64,000 nt of DNA from Thermoanaerobaculia bacterium (lineage in GTDB: Bacteria; Acidobacteriota; Thermoanaerobaculia; UBA5066; Gp7-AA6). Below, piece after piece: positions 1-9,603 of this stretch. The DNA is taken from contig JBGPCK010000001.1 in the NCBI GenBank assembly GCA_041481715.1, forward strand, positions 9,340 to 73,339. The letters are read 5' to 3'. Every line of letters starts with the position of its first letter. The first letter of the stretch is position 1. The notes below the pieces were generated by a model. That model was not told the DNA's origin, made no database searches, and worked only from the letters and a program-made list of their open reading frames with translations. Position numbers and translations under genes: made by a program.

Positions 1-897
1 GGGCTGCGCCGCCAGAAGGCTCTGCAGGAACAGGGTCTCGCCCCGCAAGCCGATCTCGATCTGGCGCAAGCCAACTACGACTCGGCCAAGGCGGCCGTGG
101 CCCAGGCCGAGGCGTCGCTCCGACAGGCGGAGACGGATCTGCGAAACAGCAAGATCGTCGCGCCGATCGACGGCGTCGTGGTCGATCGTGAGTACGACGT
201 CGGCCAGAGCGTTGCGGCATCCTTCCAGGCGCCCACGATCTTCACGATTGCGCAGGACCTGACGAAGATGCAGGTCTCCGCCGACGTCTCGGAATCCGAC
301 ATCGGGATGTGCAAGGTGGGGCAGCCCGTCCGCTTCACCGTGGACGCTTACCCCGAACAGATGTTTCGGGGGACCATCTCGCAGATTCGCCTGAACGCGA
401 CGGTCAACCAGAACGTCGTGACCTATCCGGTCATCATCGATGTTCCGAACCCGGAGCTCGCTCTGCGTCCGAACATGACGGCCAACGTCTCCATCGATGT
501 CGCGGTGGTCAAGGACGCGCTGCGCGTTCCCAACGCCGCGCTCCGGTGGCGCCCGGAGGAGAAGGAGGCCGTTTCCTCCTCCTCGCCGGAAGAGCGAGCG
601 GCGAAGAGCGTCGGCGAGAAGGGCCCGGCGGGCGCGATGAAACAGTTCGACCGCACGGCTGGCGGCAAACCCCGAAAGGCGGGCCAGATGGTGTACACGA
701 TTGCCGCGGGCGGCGTGGGAGAGCCGAAGCCGGTGGAAATCAAGCCGGGCATCACGGACGGACGATTCACTCAGGTCGTTTCCGGAGGCCTCAAGGAGGG
801 CGACACGGTCGTCGTCGGCCTCGTCACGTCGAAGGCGGATACGGGCGCCAGCCGGAATCCGGCCGCTCCGGGAGGTCCAGGCGGCCGGAGGTTCTGA
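1..897 (+). CDS. Efflux transporter periplasmic adaptor subunit (HlyD/MacA family), 5' partial
   Basis: Open frame runs from window start in frame with the ORF 97..897. C-terminal beta-barrel/lipoyl-like adaptor motifs (KIVAPIDGVVVDREYDVGQ, PNAALRWRP). Immediately upstream of ABC ATPase plus FtsX-type permease, i.e. macA-macB-like order. Confidence 0.8.
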   Translation, partial: GLRRQKALQEQGLAPQADLDLAQANYDSAKAAVAQAEASLRQAETDLRNSKIVAPIDGVVVDREYDVGQSVAASFQAPTIFTIAQDLTKMQVSADVSESDIGMCKVGQPVRFTVDAYPEQMFRGTISQIRLNATVNQNVVTYPVIIDVPNPELALRPNMTANVSIDVAVVKDALRVPNAALRWRPEEKEAVSSSSPEERAAKSVGEKGPAGAMKQFDRTAGGKPRKAGQMVYTIAAGGVGEPKPVEIKPGITDGRFTQVVSGGLKEGDTVVVGLVTSKADTGASRNPAAPGGPGGRRF

Positions 898-899
898 AG

Positions 900-1622
900 T
901 TGGACGTCATTCGGATCGAAGACGTCGTCAAGATCTATCAAATGGGCGAGGTCGAGGTGAGGGCGCTCGACGGCGTCTCGCTCTCGATCGCTCCCGGTGA
1001 GTTCCTCGCCGTCATGGGTCCCTCGGGCTCGGGCAAGAGCACCTTCATGAACATCGTCGGGTGCCTCGATCGCCCGACCTCGGGCAAGTACTTCCTCGAT
1101 GGTATAGACGTTTCGGGGCTCGGCCGCGACGAGCGGGCGGAAATCCGCAACGGGAAGATCGGTTTCGTGTTCCAGTCGTTCAACCTGTTGCCGCGGACAT
1201 CGGCGGCCGAAAATGTGGAATTGCCCCTGATCTATTCGTCCAATGGCCTCTCCGCGAGGCAGCGAAACGAGAAGGCCCGAGCTTGCCTGGCCGCCGTGGG
1301 GCTCGCCGGCCGCGAAGACCACCACCCGAGCCAGCTCTCCGGGGGGCAGCAGCAACGCGTGGCGATCGCGCGGGCGCTGATCAACGACCCGAAGCTCATG
1401 CTCGCCGACGAGCCGACCGGAAACCTCGACTCGAGGACGTCCGAAGAGGTCATTGCGGTTTTCCAGAAGTTGAACGAGGGTGGCCGAACGGTCGTGGTGA
1501 TCACACACGAGCCCGACATCGCCCAATACGCGAAGCGGATCGTGACGTTCCGGGACGGAAAACTGGTCGAAGATCGCCCCGTGGCCAGCCGGAGAGTCGC
1601 GGTGGCCTCGACACGGGCCTGA
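900..1622 (+). CDS. ABC transporter ATP-binding protein (MacB/LolD-like ATPase)
   Basis: Walker [10 protein letters not shown], signature [15 protein letters not shown], Walker [14 protein letters not shown]-loop VVITHE. Proposed TTG start right after adaptor stop. The upstream part of ORF 309..1622 is an out-of-frame overlap with the adaptor gene. Confidence 0.85.
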   Translation: MDVIRIEDVVKIYQMGEVEVRALDGVSLSIAPGEFLAVMGPSGSGKSTFMNIVGCLDRPTSGKYFLDGIDVSGLGRDERAEIRNGKIGFVFQSFNLLPRTSAAENVELPLIYSSNGLSARQRNEKARACLAAVGLAGREDHHPSQLSGGQQQRVAIARALINDPKLMLADEPTGNLDSRTSEEVIAVFQKLNEGGRTVVVITHEPDIAQYAKRIVTFRDGKLVEDRPVASRRVAVASTRA

Positions 1623-1632
1623 AGGGGAGCCC

Positions 1633-2850
1633 ATGCTCAAGTTCCTCACGATTCTCAAGGTGGGCCTCAAGGCGATCTCGCGCAATAAGATGCGCGCGAC
1701 CCTGACGGCCCTCGGCATCATCATCGGGGTGGCTTGCGTGATCGCGATGATCGGCGTCGGGCAGGGATCTCAGGCCGCGATCCAGGCGCAGATCTCGGCG
1801 CTCGGAACCAACTTCCTGATGATCTTCCCCGGTGTCGCGACGCAGTCGGGGGCGCGCATTTTTACGGGGCAGTCGACAATCACCGACGACGACGTGGCGG
1901 CGGTCCGGAACGAGTGCCCCGCGGTCGCCTACGTCTCTCCCGTATCCCGCTCCGCCGCGCAAGTGGTCGCGGGGAACCTCAACTGGGGAACGAGCATCCA
2001 GGGAGTCGGCGTCGAGTGGCCTTTCGTGCGGTCGTGGAACGTCGAGAAGGGCGCTTTTTTCGGAGACTCGGAGATCCGCGCCGCCGCAAAGGTATGCGTG
2101 CTCGGTTCGACGGTCGCCGACTCCCTATTCGGGGCGCAGGACCCGGTCGGCCAGATGGTTCGGATCAAGAACTTCCCCTTCCGCGTGGTCGGCGTGCTCG
2201 AGACCAAGGGGGGAAGCACGATGGGACAGGACCAGGACGACGTGGTCGTGGCTCCCTACACGACGGTGATGCGGCTCCTCAAGGGATCCACGAAAATCGA
2301 CATGTTCATGGCCTCGGCGGTCTCCCAATCGGCGGTCGAGGAGGCGCAGAAGGAAATCGAGGCGCTGCTGCGGCAGCGGCATCGACTCCAGCCCGGGCAG
2401 GACTCCGACTTCATGATCCGGTCACAGCAGGAGATCGCGCAGACCGCCGATCAGACCTCGAAGACCCTTTCGCTGCTGCTCGCCTCCGCGGCTTCGATCT
2501 CGCTCTTGGTCGGAGGGATCGGGATCATGAACATCATGCTCGTCTCGGTGACCGAGCGGACCCGGGAGATCGGCATCCGCATGGCGATCGGGGCCAAAGG
2601 CCGCGACATCCGCATGCAGTTTCTCATCGAGGCGCTGACGCTTTCGATCGCCGGCGGAGTGATCGGCATCGCCCTCGGTACGGGCGTCTCGAAGTTCATT
2701 GCCGTGAAGGCGCACTGGCCGATCTTGCTGTCGCCCGGGGCGATCTTTCTCGCCTTCGGCTTCTCGGCCGTCATCGGCGTGTTCTTCGGCTTCTATCCGG
2801 CCCAGAAGGCCTCGCGCCTCGACCCGATCGAGGCGCTTCGCTACGAGTAG
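1633..2850 (+). CDS. ABC transporter permease, MacB/FtsX family
   Basis: 405 aa. N-terminal TM helix, large periplasmic MacB_PCD-like domain, C-terminal FtsX 4-TM region ([31 protein letters not shown]). 10 nt after the ATPase stop. Confidence 0.85.
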   Translation: MLKFLTILKVGLKAISRNKMRATLTALGIIIGVACVIAMIGVGQGSQAAIQAQISALGTNFLMIFPGVATQSGARIFTGQSTITDDDVAAVRNECPAVAYVSPVSRSAAQVVAGNLNWGTSIQGVGVEWPFVRSWNVEKGAFFGDSEIRAAAKVCVLGSTVADSLFGAQDPVGQMVRIKNFPFRVVGVLETKGGSTMGQDQDDVVVAPYTTVMRLLKGSTKIDMFMASAVSQSAVEEAQKEIEALLRQRHRLQPGQDSDFMIRSQQEIAQTADQTSKTLSLLLASAASISLLVGGIGIMNIMLVSVTERTREIGIRMAIGAKGRDIRMQFLIEALTLSIAGGVIGIALGTGVSKFIAVKAHWPILLSPGAIFLAFGFSAVIGVFFGFYPAQKASRLDPIEALRYE

Positions 2851-2876
2851 ACCCGCCTGCGGCGTTACAATCTTCC

Positions 2877-4535
2877 GTGCCTTCTCGACCTGCGTTCGAG
2901 AGTCTCCGGCGGCGCCTCGATCCCCGCAGGAGGCTCGCGGCGCGTCTGTTCCTCTCCCTGATTCTGGCCTTCGCCGTTCCGGGGTCTCTGCTCGTGTTTC
3001 TGCTGGAGCGGCGCCTTGCCGCGCTGGGGAATTCCTCGGATCTGCGTCGAGACGTGGCCGTTCTCTTCGCGGGCTTGCTCGTGCTGGCACTCGCCGCGGT
3101 GTTCTTGGTTTCCCGGAGCATCTCAGCCCCGATCCGCGGCCTCGTGAGTGTCGCGGAGGCCATCGGCCGGGACCGCGAACGCGAGGTCGAGGGACAAGAG
3201 CCCCGCGATGAGGTCGGGCGCCTGGCGGCGTCGATCGAGCGAATGGGACGCCGCGTCGAGAGGCGCGTCGAGACGCTCCACCGGCTGCATGAGTTCCTGC
3301 GCTCCGCACATCCGACGGCGGATCTGGCCGAGGTGCAGGCCCGCGCGACCGAGGCGATCGCCGCCTTCACGGGGGCCGAGAGGGTCTGGTTCTTCTTCCA
3401 CGACCCGGACACGAACCGCCTCGAGGCCGCCTGGCCCGGCTGGAACGTGCCGGAGGAGCTCGCGCGGGACCTGAAGGTCTCGGTCGACCAGCTCTCCATC
3501 GCGAGCATGGTCTTCCGGACAGGCGAAATCCACGTCTCCAACGACCTCGACCGCGACCCGTACTCGAATCCCAAGCTTCAGACGCTGGAGAACGCCTCGA
3601 ACGCCATTTTTGCACCGCTCAAGACGGAGGGGAAGGCGATCGGTGTCGTCGCGGCGACCAACCGCCCGGGCGGGTTCGGCCCCGAAGAAGCCGACGCACT
3701 CGTCATGTTTTCCGACGCCGCCTCGCTCTTGATCCAGAACGCCCGACTGTACCGAACGCTGACGGGAACGGTCGCGGAGCTGCAACGAGCCAGTCGCCTG
3801 AAGGACCACTTCCTGCAGAACGTGAACCACGAGCTGCGGACGCCGCTGACGTCGATCGTGGGTTGGACCGATCTGTTCGAGGAGGACCCGATCGAGCCGC
3901 AGACGTTGCAGCGCGGCCTTCGGCAGATCCGACAGTCCTCGCGGCTGCTTCTCGCCCTGATCGACGATCTGCTCGACCTGGCGCGGCTGGATCGTGGAAC
4001 GCTCACTCTGGACTGGAAGGCGGTGGCGATTGAAGACATCGTCGCGCGCACGATCGAGACGGTGCGCCTGATGGCCGAAGCGCGGGGCGTCACCCTCCTG
4101 CAGGCGCCGCTGCCCGACGAGATGCAGCCGGTCCGCGCCGATCCGCTGCGTTTGCAACAGGTCCTCTGGAACCTGTTCGTCAACGCGATCAAATTCACGC
4201 CCCGCTACGGGCGAGTGATCGTGCGGGTCGAGCGGGAGCCCGAGCGCTATCTGGTCAGCGTCGAGGACGACGGCGTCGGAATCCCGGAGAGCGAGCTGCC
4301 GCACGTCTTCGAGCGTTTCCGCCAGGTGGACGGTTCGGCCACGCGGCGACACCCGGGGATGGGGATTGGCCTTTCCCTTGCCCGCAACCTCGTCGAGTTA
4401 CACGGCGGCACGATCTGGGCGGAGAGCGCCGTGGGACAGGGAAGCCGATTCACGTTCAGCCTGCCGATCCGGCCGTGGCGGCGCAGCGCCGATGCGGAGG
4501 TGATGGCGGTCAGGGATTTATCGGACGAGGAGTGA
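2877..4535 (+). CDS. Sensor histidine kinase (TM-HAMP-GAF-HisKA-HATPase_c)
   Basis: C-terminal part of ORF 1734..4535. The first in-frame start after the permease stop is GTG at about 2877, followed by a TM helix. GAF-like region present. H-box NHELRTPLTSI, N box LWNLFVNAIKFT, G boxes DDGVGIP and GMGIGLSLA. No response regulator adjacent. Confidence 0.8.
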   Translation: MPSRPAFESLRRRLDPRRRLAARLFLSLILAFAVPGSLLVFLLERRLAALGNSSDLRRDVAVLFAGLLVLALAAVFLVSRSISAPIRGLVSVAEAIGRDREREVEGQEPRDEVGRLAASIERMGRRVERRVETLHRLHEFLRSAHPTADLAEVQARATEAIAAFTGAERVWFFFHDPDTNRLEAAWPGWNVPEELARDLKVSVDQLSIASMVFRTGEIHVSNDLDRDPYSNPKLQTLENASNAIFAPLKTEGKAIGVVAATNRPGGFGPEEADALVMFSDAASLLIQNARLYRTLTGTVAELQRASRLKDHFLQNVNHELRTPLTSIVGWTDLFEEDPIEPQTLQRGLRQIRQSSRLLLALIDDLLDLARLDRGTLTLDWKAVAIEDIVARTIETVRLMAEARGVTLLQAPLPDEMQPVRADPLRLQQVLWNLFVNAIKFTPRYGRVIVRVEREPERYLVSVEDDGVGIPESELPHVFERFRQVDGSATRRHPGMGIGLSLARNLVELHGGTIWAESAVGQGSRFTFSLPIRPWRRSADAEVMAVRDLSDEE

Positions 4536-4629
4536 TCCGGTGCCCAAGGTTTCGGATGGGACAGGGGATCGGGAGAGGGAGAAACGGGATCGCCCGATCT
4601 CCCCGTCACCATCTCTCCGTCGTTTTTTC

Positions 4630-5307
4630 CTAACCGGAGGCCGCCGGCAAGCCGGTTCCCTTAAGCAGATCCTTGACTATGACGGCCGTCTCCTCCTTGC
4701 CGGGCACGCAGAGATTGGGATCCTTCTCCTTGCCCGAGGCCAGAGCGGCGGCGTACCCCTCGCAGTCGTAGCCGCAGGCGGTGCAGTCGGTCTGGGCCAT
4801 CGCCGCGTAGAGCTTGAGGGTCAGATCGCCCCCTTTGGCCATCTCCATTCGGCGGGGAAGCGGGATGGTTTCGTCGTGGAAAGCCGGTGCTTCCTTCTTC
4901 ACCCTCGGGGCCGCGGCGACGTCCTCCTCCGGCCGGCCGCTGTCCACCCACTGGCCGTAGGAGAGACAGTTGGGGCAGATGAAGGCGTAGTCCCAACCGA
5001 CGGGCAGGAACTTGGCCGGCGTGCGGTAGACGTAGAGGGGGGTGAAGTCCTGAGGGCAGGCCGGGGCTTCGCGCTCCTGAGCGTCGAGGACCATGGTCTT
5101 GACGTGCGGACGGGAAAAGACGATCTGCTTGGGTTTCTGGTCGAACCGGAACATCTCCCCCCTCGGGCAGACCATCACGACTTGCGGCTTGTAGACCCGC
5201 TCGACGAAGAAGGAGCGCATCGGAATGTCGTGCGCCGGACAGAGAGGGGGGGCGTCCTTCCAGAAGGCGGACACCAGCGTCGATTTCTGGGTGAGTGACA
5301 ATTGCAT
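4630..5307 (-). CDS. Cys-rich hypothetical protein with C-terminal RnfB-like putative Fe-S motif (CxxCGxxxCxxxAxA)
   Basis: 225 aa ORF with strong GC3 bias typical of real genes here. Motifs CPNC and DCTACGYDCEGYAAALASG. No confident family assignment. Confidence 0.5.
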   Translation of the reverse strand: MQLSLTQKSTLVSAFWKDAPPLCPAHDIPMRSFFVERVYKPQVVMVCPRGEMFRFDQKPKQIVFSRPHVKTMVLDAQEREAPACPQDFTPLYVYRTPAKFLPVGWDYAFICPNCLSYGQWVDSGRPEEDVAAAPRVKKEAPAFHDETIPLPRRMEMAKGGDLTLKLYAAMAQTDCTACGYDCEGYAAALASGKEKDPNLCVPGKEETAVIVKDLLKGTGLPAASG

Positions 5308-5340
5308 GAGGGAATTATAACTATCGCTATCAGCTGAAAG

Positions 5341-5982
5341 TTAGATCGCGACAAACGGATTGAGCCGCCGCTCTTGCTCGATGGTCGTTCCCGGCCCGTG
5401 CCCGCAGACGACCGACAGATCGCCCGGCAGCCGGAAGAGCTTCTGCCGGATCGAGGCGAGGATCGCGTCGGTGTCGCCTCCCCACAGGTCGGTGCGGCCG
5501 ATGGAGCGGCGAAAGAGCGTGTCGCCGGAAAAGAGAATCGGGGTGTCTCCCTGGAGCTCGAAGCAGGTGGAGCCGGGCGTGTGCCCCGGCGTGTGAATCG
5601 CCCGCAGCGTGAACTGGCCGAAGGGGACGATCTCCTCGTCGGCCAGGGGCGCGTCGAGCGGGCGAGGCGGCTCTGCCGTGAGGCCGAAGAAGGCCGCCTG
5701 CTCGGGCAGCGCCTCGTAAAGGGGCCGGTCGGCGGGATGGAGCCGAATCGCGGCGCCCGTCGCCTCGGCGACCGCGCGCGTGGCGCCGATGTGGTCGAAG
5801 TGGGCGTGCGTGTGCAGCAATGCCACCGGACGCACGCTCGCCGCCGCAAGCGCCTCGAGGATCCGCTCGGGCTCGTCTCCCGGATCGATCACGATCGCCT
5901 CGCGCGCGTTCTCGTCCACGAGGATGGAACAGTTGCATTGAAGGGGTCCGACGGGAATCGTCTCGATCGAGGGGCCGCTCAC
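5341..5982 (-). CDS. MBL-fold metallo-hydrolase (hydroxyacylglutathione hydrolase/GloB-like)
   Basis: Metallo-beta-lactamase motif THAHFDH, downstream HTPGHTPGS, C-terminal GHGPGTT. 213 aa. Confidence 0.85.
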   Translation of the reverse strand: MSGPSIETIPVGPLQCNCSILVDENAREAIVIDPGDEPERILEALAAASVRPVALLHTHAHFDHIGATRAVAEATGAAIRLHPADRPLYEALPEQAAFFGLTAEPPRPLDAPLADEEIVPFGQFTLRAIHTPGHTPGSTCFELQGDTPILFSGDTLFRRSIGRTDLWGGDTDAILASIRQKLFRLPGDLSVVCGHGPGTTIEQERRLNPFVAI

Positions 5983-6056
5983 GCGCGAGCTCGCACTTTC
6001 CGAGAGTTACCCGATGATGGCCGGAGTGCTGGACGCCACCCTCAGGCGATCGCTCA

Positions 6057-6461
6057 TCATGGGTTGACCGCCACGGCCGTCTCTACGTCATGGCGCTCCC
6101 GGCGCTCCGGGCAGGCCCAGACCCGTTCCGGCGAAGCCAGGGCGAGCTGTACGGCCCACTCCTGGTTGTCCGGGCGCCGGTACTCGGATTGGAACAGCTT
6201 TCGCCGGCTTCTGGGCGTGAAGATCTCCCAGCGAATGTAGCCGAAGTCGACCGTGTCGCCGTGCAGATAGAAGGCGGGAATTCGCTCTCCCGCCTCGATC
6301 TCGCCCTGCCGCACCGTGATCGGACGAAACCCGTTGGCCAAGAGTCTCTCCTCGAACTCGGCCCGAACGGGCCGGCCCTGGTGACGCAGGCTGTGTCGGC
6401 CCCGCGCCACGCCGCGGCCGAGGATCAGGTCATCGAGCGCGGCCGCGAGCTCGGGCTCCAT
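6057..6461 (-). CDS. Hypothetical protein
   Basis: 134 aa ORF with high GC3 codon bias, protein-like composition. The overlapping plus-strand ORF 6090..6710 is Arg/Pro-rich and looks like a shadow. No family recognised. Confidence 0.4.
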   Translation of the reverse strand: MEPELAAALDDLILGRGVARGRHSLRHQGRPVRAEFEERLLANGFRPITVRQGEIEAGERIPAFYLHGDTVDFGYIRWEIFTPRSRRKLFQSEYRRPDNQEWAVQLALASPERVWACPERRERHDVETAVAVNP

Positions 6462-6489
6462 CCAACGATCTTAACGCGCCGGGGGCGAA

Positions 6490-6969
6490 ATGCCCTTAGA
6501 CTGCTTCTGCGTGCTCTCCGAGCAGCTCATTCATTTTTCTCTCGCTCTGTGGGTCGGGGGCACGCTCGTCGCCGTGATGTGCGCGCCGGTGCTTTTTCGA
6601 GGCCTCACGTCGCGCGATCAGGCGGGAGACCTCTTCGACGAGATCCTGCGACGCTTCGAAGCGGTCAAGCACGTGCTTTCTTTGGCCCTCGTGATCGGCG
6701 TGTTCGTTGAGCTCGAGCAGCGGGGCCGGCTGGAGGGACCGGGAATCGCGTCCGGTGTCGCCATCTTCCTGGCCGTGGCGACCAACGTTTACCTCTCGAT
6801 GGTGCTGCGGCCCCGGATGAAGTACTTCCGGATGAAGGCCGGCTCCTTCGACACGGCCGAGCCGGGCAACCCCTGGAAGGCGAAGTTCGACGGGTTGCAC
6901 CGGCGGTCCGTTCGGGTCCTCGTGCTCGGTTGGATCGCGGCGGCGGTGGCGCTGGCTCTCAGAGGGTGA
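6490..6969 (+). CDS. Hypothetical integral membrane protein (4 predicted TM helices, DUF4149-like)
   Basis: 159 aa, alternating hydrophobic segments (LALWVGGTLVAVMCAPVLF, LSLALVIGVFV, VAIFLAVATNVYLSMVL, VLVLGWIAAAVALAL). Confidence 0.5.
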   Translation: MPLDCFCVLSEQLIHFSLALWVGGTLVAVMCAPVLFRGLTSRDQAGDLFDEILRRFEAVKHVLSLALVIGVFVELEQRGRLEGPGIASGVAIFLAVATNVYLSMVLRPRMKYFRMKAGSFDTAEPGNPWKAKFDGLHRRSVRVLVLGWIAAAVALALRG

Positions 6970-7011
6970 GTGGGGAATGGTTGATGGCGAAGGGGAGCCG
7001 AGAGGCGCAGG

Positions 7012-7392
7012 CTAGGTCTCGAGTTGCGCGATCAGGTCGATCTCCAGAAGCGCCCCTTTGGGAAGCGCGGCAACGGTGACCGTAGATCGGGCCGGCCGGT
7101 GCTCGCCGAAGCGGCGAGCGTAAACGGCGTTCATCGCGGGGAAGTCTTCCGCGCGGGTGAGGTAGACCGTGGTCTTCACGACGTCGGCGAGCGTTGCTCC
7201 CGACTCACGGAGCACGGCCTCCAGGTTGTCGAGGATCCGCTCGGTGGAAGGCTCGACGCCGCCCGCGACGAGCTCTCCCGTGGCGGGGTCTAGGGGAATC
7301 TGTCCCGAGGCGAACAGGTACCCGCCTGCGGCCACGGCCTGCGAGTAGGGGCCGATCGCCTTTGGGGCCCCTTCGGTCGCGATGAATTTCAT
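7012..7392 (-). CDS. ridA: RidA family reactive-intermediate deaminase (YjgF/TdcF)
   Basis: 126 aa. Family-typical N-terminus (TEGAPKAIGPYSQAV), C-terminal PARSTVTVAALPKGALLEID. Confidence 0.9.
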   Translation of the reverse strand: MKFIATEGAPKAIGPYSQAVAAGGYLFASGQIPLDPATGELVAGGVEPSTERILDNLEAVLRESGATLADVVKTTVYLTRAEDFPAMNAVYARRFGEHRPARSTVTVAALPKGALLEIDLIAQLET

Positions 7393-7432
7393 GGGAGGAG
7401 TTTAAGGTCTAGCGCTGAGGGTTCAAAGTCGC

Positions 7433-7957
7433 TTAGGCCTGGTCCTCGAGAACGGCGATGTAGGGCAGATTCCGGTAGCTCTCGGAAAAGTCGAGGCCGT
7501 ATCCGACGACGAAGTGGTCGTCGATCGAAAAACCGAGGTAGTCGACCGGAATCGCGGAGTTGCCGTCGATGCGCTTTCTCAGGAGGGAGCAGATCTTGAT
7601 CGATTTCGGCCGCCGCGTGCCCAGGATTTCGACGATCTTCTCGAGCGTGCGGCCCGTGTCGACGATGTCTTCGACGATGAGGATTTCTCGGCCTGCGACG
7701 TCCGTCGTCAGGTCGCGCTGGAGCTGGACGTTGCCGGAGGACTTCGTGCCCTTCCCGTAGGAGGAGACCTGGAGAAAATCGACGGCGACGGGCGTCTTCA
7801 TCCTCTTGGCCAGGTCACAAAGGAAAAAGACGGACCCCTTGAGGATCCCGACGAGCAGGAGCGGCCGCCCGTCCTGGTCCCGGTCGATCTGAGCGGCCAG
7901 GCGCGCAACGCCTTCCTGGAGGGTCGCCGCGTCGATCAGAGTTCTCCCTAGGCGCAT
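7433..7957 (-). CDS. hpt: Hypoxanthine phosphoribosyltransferase
   Basis: 174 aa. PRPP-binding motif ILIVEDIVDTGRTL. Conserved LLVGILKGSVFFLCDL and DYLGFSIDDHFVVGYGLD. Confidence 0.9.
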   Translation of the reverse strand: MRLGRTLIDAATLQEGVARLAAQIDRDQDGRPLLLVGILKGSVFFLCDLAKRMKTPVAVDFLQVSSYGKGTKSSGNVQLQRDLTTDVAGREILIVEDIVDTGRTLEKIVEILGTRRPKSIKICSLLRKRIDGNSAIPVDYLGFSIDDHFVVGYGLDFSESYRNLPYIAVLEDQA

Positions 7958-8020
7958 TCACCTACCTGACCCGAAGCCGTCGGGGCGGCGCTACAATGAC
8001 CGTTTACCGGAAAAGCCGCG

Positions 8021-9502
8021 ATGTCCGTCGAAAAGCAGCAGCTTCTGCATGAAGACTATATCCGGCTGACGGAGCGGTTCAAGGCCCTTTGGACCTTTCA
8101 CCAGTTCCTGCGTGGCATCTGCAAGACGTTCTCGTCGCAGGCGCCAGAGTACGGGACCGACTTCAACGGGCTGTACGAGGAGGTCAAGGCCGTCGGGGCG
8201 AGCCTCAACACGGCGGCGCCGGAAGCGGTGTCCCGCAGCATTCAGGGCCTCTTCGGGCGCCTGGACGCCGTGGCGGCCGAGCTGCGCGACACGGATCGGC
8301 AGATTTCGCCGTCCTTCGTCCGCCGTTTCTTCGACAAGATCCGTCCGCAGGACGAGAAGATCGCCTTCTACCTGCTGCGCTACTACTTCTCCCAGCCGGA
8401 CGTGGACGAGGACGTCATCGACAAGGTCGATTTCCTCGCCACGGTCGCCGCGACGGGCAGGCCCGAGCCCAACGCCACGGCGTCCCGCCCCCGCAGCGCC
8501 ATCCGCCAGCTCTTCGAGTCCGTCACGGCGGCTTCCGTGTGGCCTCGGATCGAGATCGGAATGACGCCGGCGGTGGTCCGGGCCTTCGACGAGCTCGCGA
8601 GCGACGTGACGCAGGCGCGGGAGTTCGAGCAGCTTCTGACCGAGAGGTTGCTCAACAACGCGCGGACCATGAAGCGCCGTGTTGCGACGGGACTAGCGGA
8701 CCCGGACATCCTGACGGCCGTCGCCTGGTGCAACCTGACGACGCGGTCCGTCTTCCACCGCCTCTACGAAAAGGAAGAAAGACGTCTCGACGAGGCCACG
8801 GGCCACATCGCCGACCTCGAGCGGGAGTTGACGCGAGGAGGCGACGACGCGGCGGCGCCGCAGGAGTTTCGCCGGTTCCGTGAGTCGCGGGTGCGCTTCG
8901 ACCAGCTTGCGACGGAGAACAACCTGCGCGCCCAGCACATCATGGAGTTGAAGCTCGTCATCGGGGACGTGCTCGAAAAGTTCGACATCTCGGAGCTCGC
9001 GGCCGAGGACATCGACGAGGCCCTGGAGCTGGTCGAGGAGGTGGACGCGAGCTCCGAGGACGAGAGTTTCTGGCAGCCCTGTCTCGACCGCATTCTCGAG
9101 CCTGTCGGGCGGGCGGCGGGCGGAGGCGCCCCGGCTGGCGGCGGCACGGGCCTGGCGGCTCTCCGGCTCGAGACCTGGGAGCTTTCCACGGCGCGGCGGA
9201 CAGTGTCTAGCGGAGAGCCTCCGTCGGAGGCCGATCGGACCCTTCTGCGGGCGGCCGCCTTGCGGGTCCGCGCCGAAGAGCAGGCGGAGGCGCTGAGACG
9301 GGCCCGCGAGGGGAGCGCCGTCCCGGATCTGGTTCGGGCCGCGCGGGCGACGCTCGCCCGATGCGAGCCGATCGAGGCGGCGCTCGAGCACATGGGCCTG
9401 GAGAGCCGCGGCTCGGAGGAGGCGCGCACTTGGAATCGCTCGCGGCAGCGCCTGCGCACGGCGAGCTCCGAGCTCTGGCTGGAGGTCGATCAGAGGACGT
9501 AG
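8021..9502 (+). CDS. Hypothetical protein (structured N-terminal domain plus Ala/Arg/Glu-rich C-terminal region)
   Basis: 493 aa ORF divergent from hpt. First ~230 aa have a balanced protein-like composition (YLLRYYFSQPDVDEDVIDKVDFLATVA). The C-terminal half is low-complexity/coiled-coil-like. No recognised family. Confidence 0.55.
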   Translation: MSVEKQQLLHEDYIRLTERFKALWTFHQFLRGICKTFSSQAPEYGTDFNGLYEEVKAVGASLNTAAPEAVSRSIQGLFGRLDAVAAELRDTDRQISPSFVRRFFDKIRPQDEKIAFYLLRYYFSQPDVDEDVIDKVDFLATVAATGRPEPNATASRPRSAIRQLFESVTAASVWPRIEIGMTPAVVRAFDELASDVTQAREFEQLLTERLLNNARTMKRRVATGLADPDILTAVAWCNLTTRSVFHRLYEKEERRLDEATGHIADLERELTRGGDDAAAPQEFRRFRESRVRFDQLATENNLRAQHIMELKLVIGDVLEKFDISELAAEDIDEALELVEEVDASSEDESFWQPCLDRILEPVGRAAGGGAPAGGGTGLAALRLETWELSTARRTVSSGEPPSEADRTLLRAAALRVRAEEQAEALRRAREGSAVPDLVRAARATLARCEPIEAALEHMGLESRGSEEARTWNRSRQRLRTASSELWLEVDQRT

Positions 9503-9603
9503 GTGAGGCTGGTCGAACGTAGGGGAGAGTACCCGCGACCGGCTTCCTGCCTCCTGCGTCCGGTGTCCGGCGTTGCGGCTTCCTCCCCGTATACTCCCCG
9601 GTC

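Noticed and set aside
1734-2876. N-terminal 380 aa of the 933-aa ORF 1734..4535
   Set aside because: Overlaps the FtsX permease gene in another frame. Arg/Gly-rich. The real histidine kinase begins after the permease stop (about 2877).
5374-6240. 288-aa plus ORF plus overlapping minus ORFs 5175..5849 and 5330..5938
   Set aside because: Overlap the MBL hydrolase gene (clear HxHxDH motif on minus frame 5341..5982). Arg-rich shadow frames.
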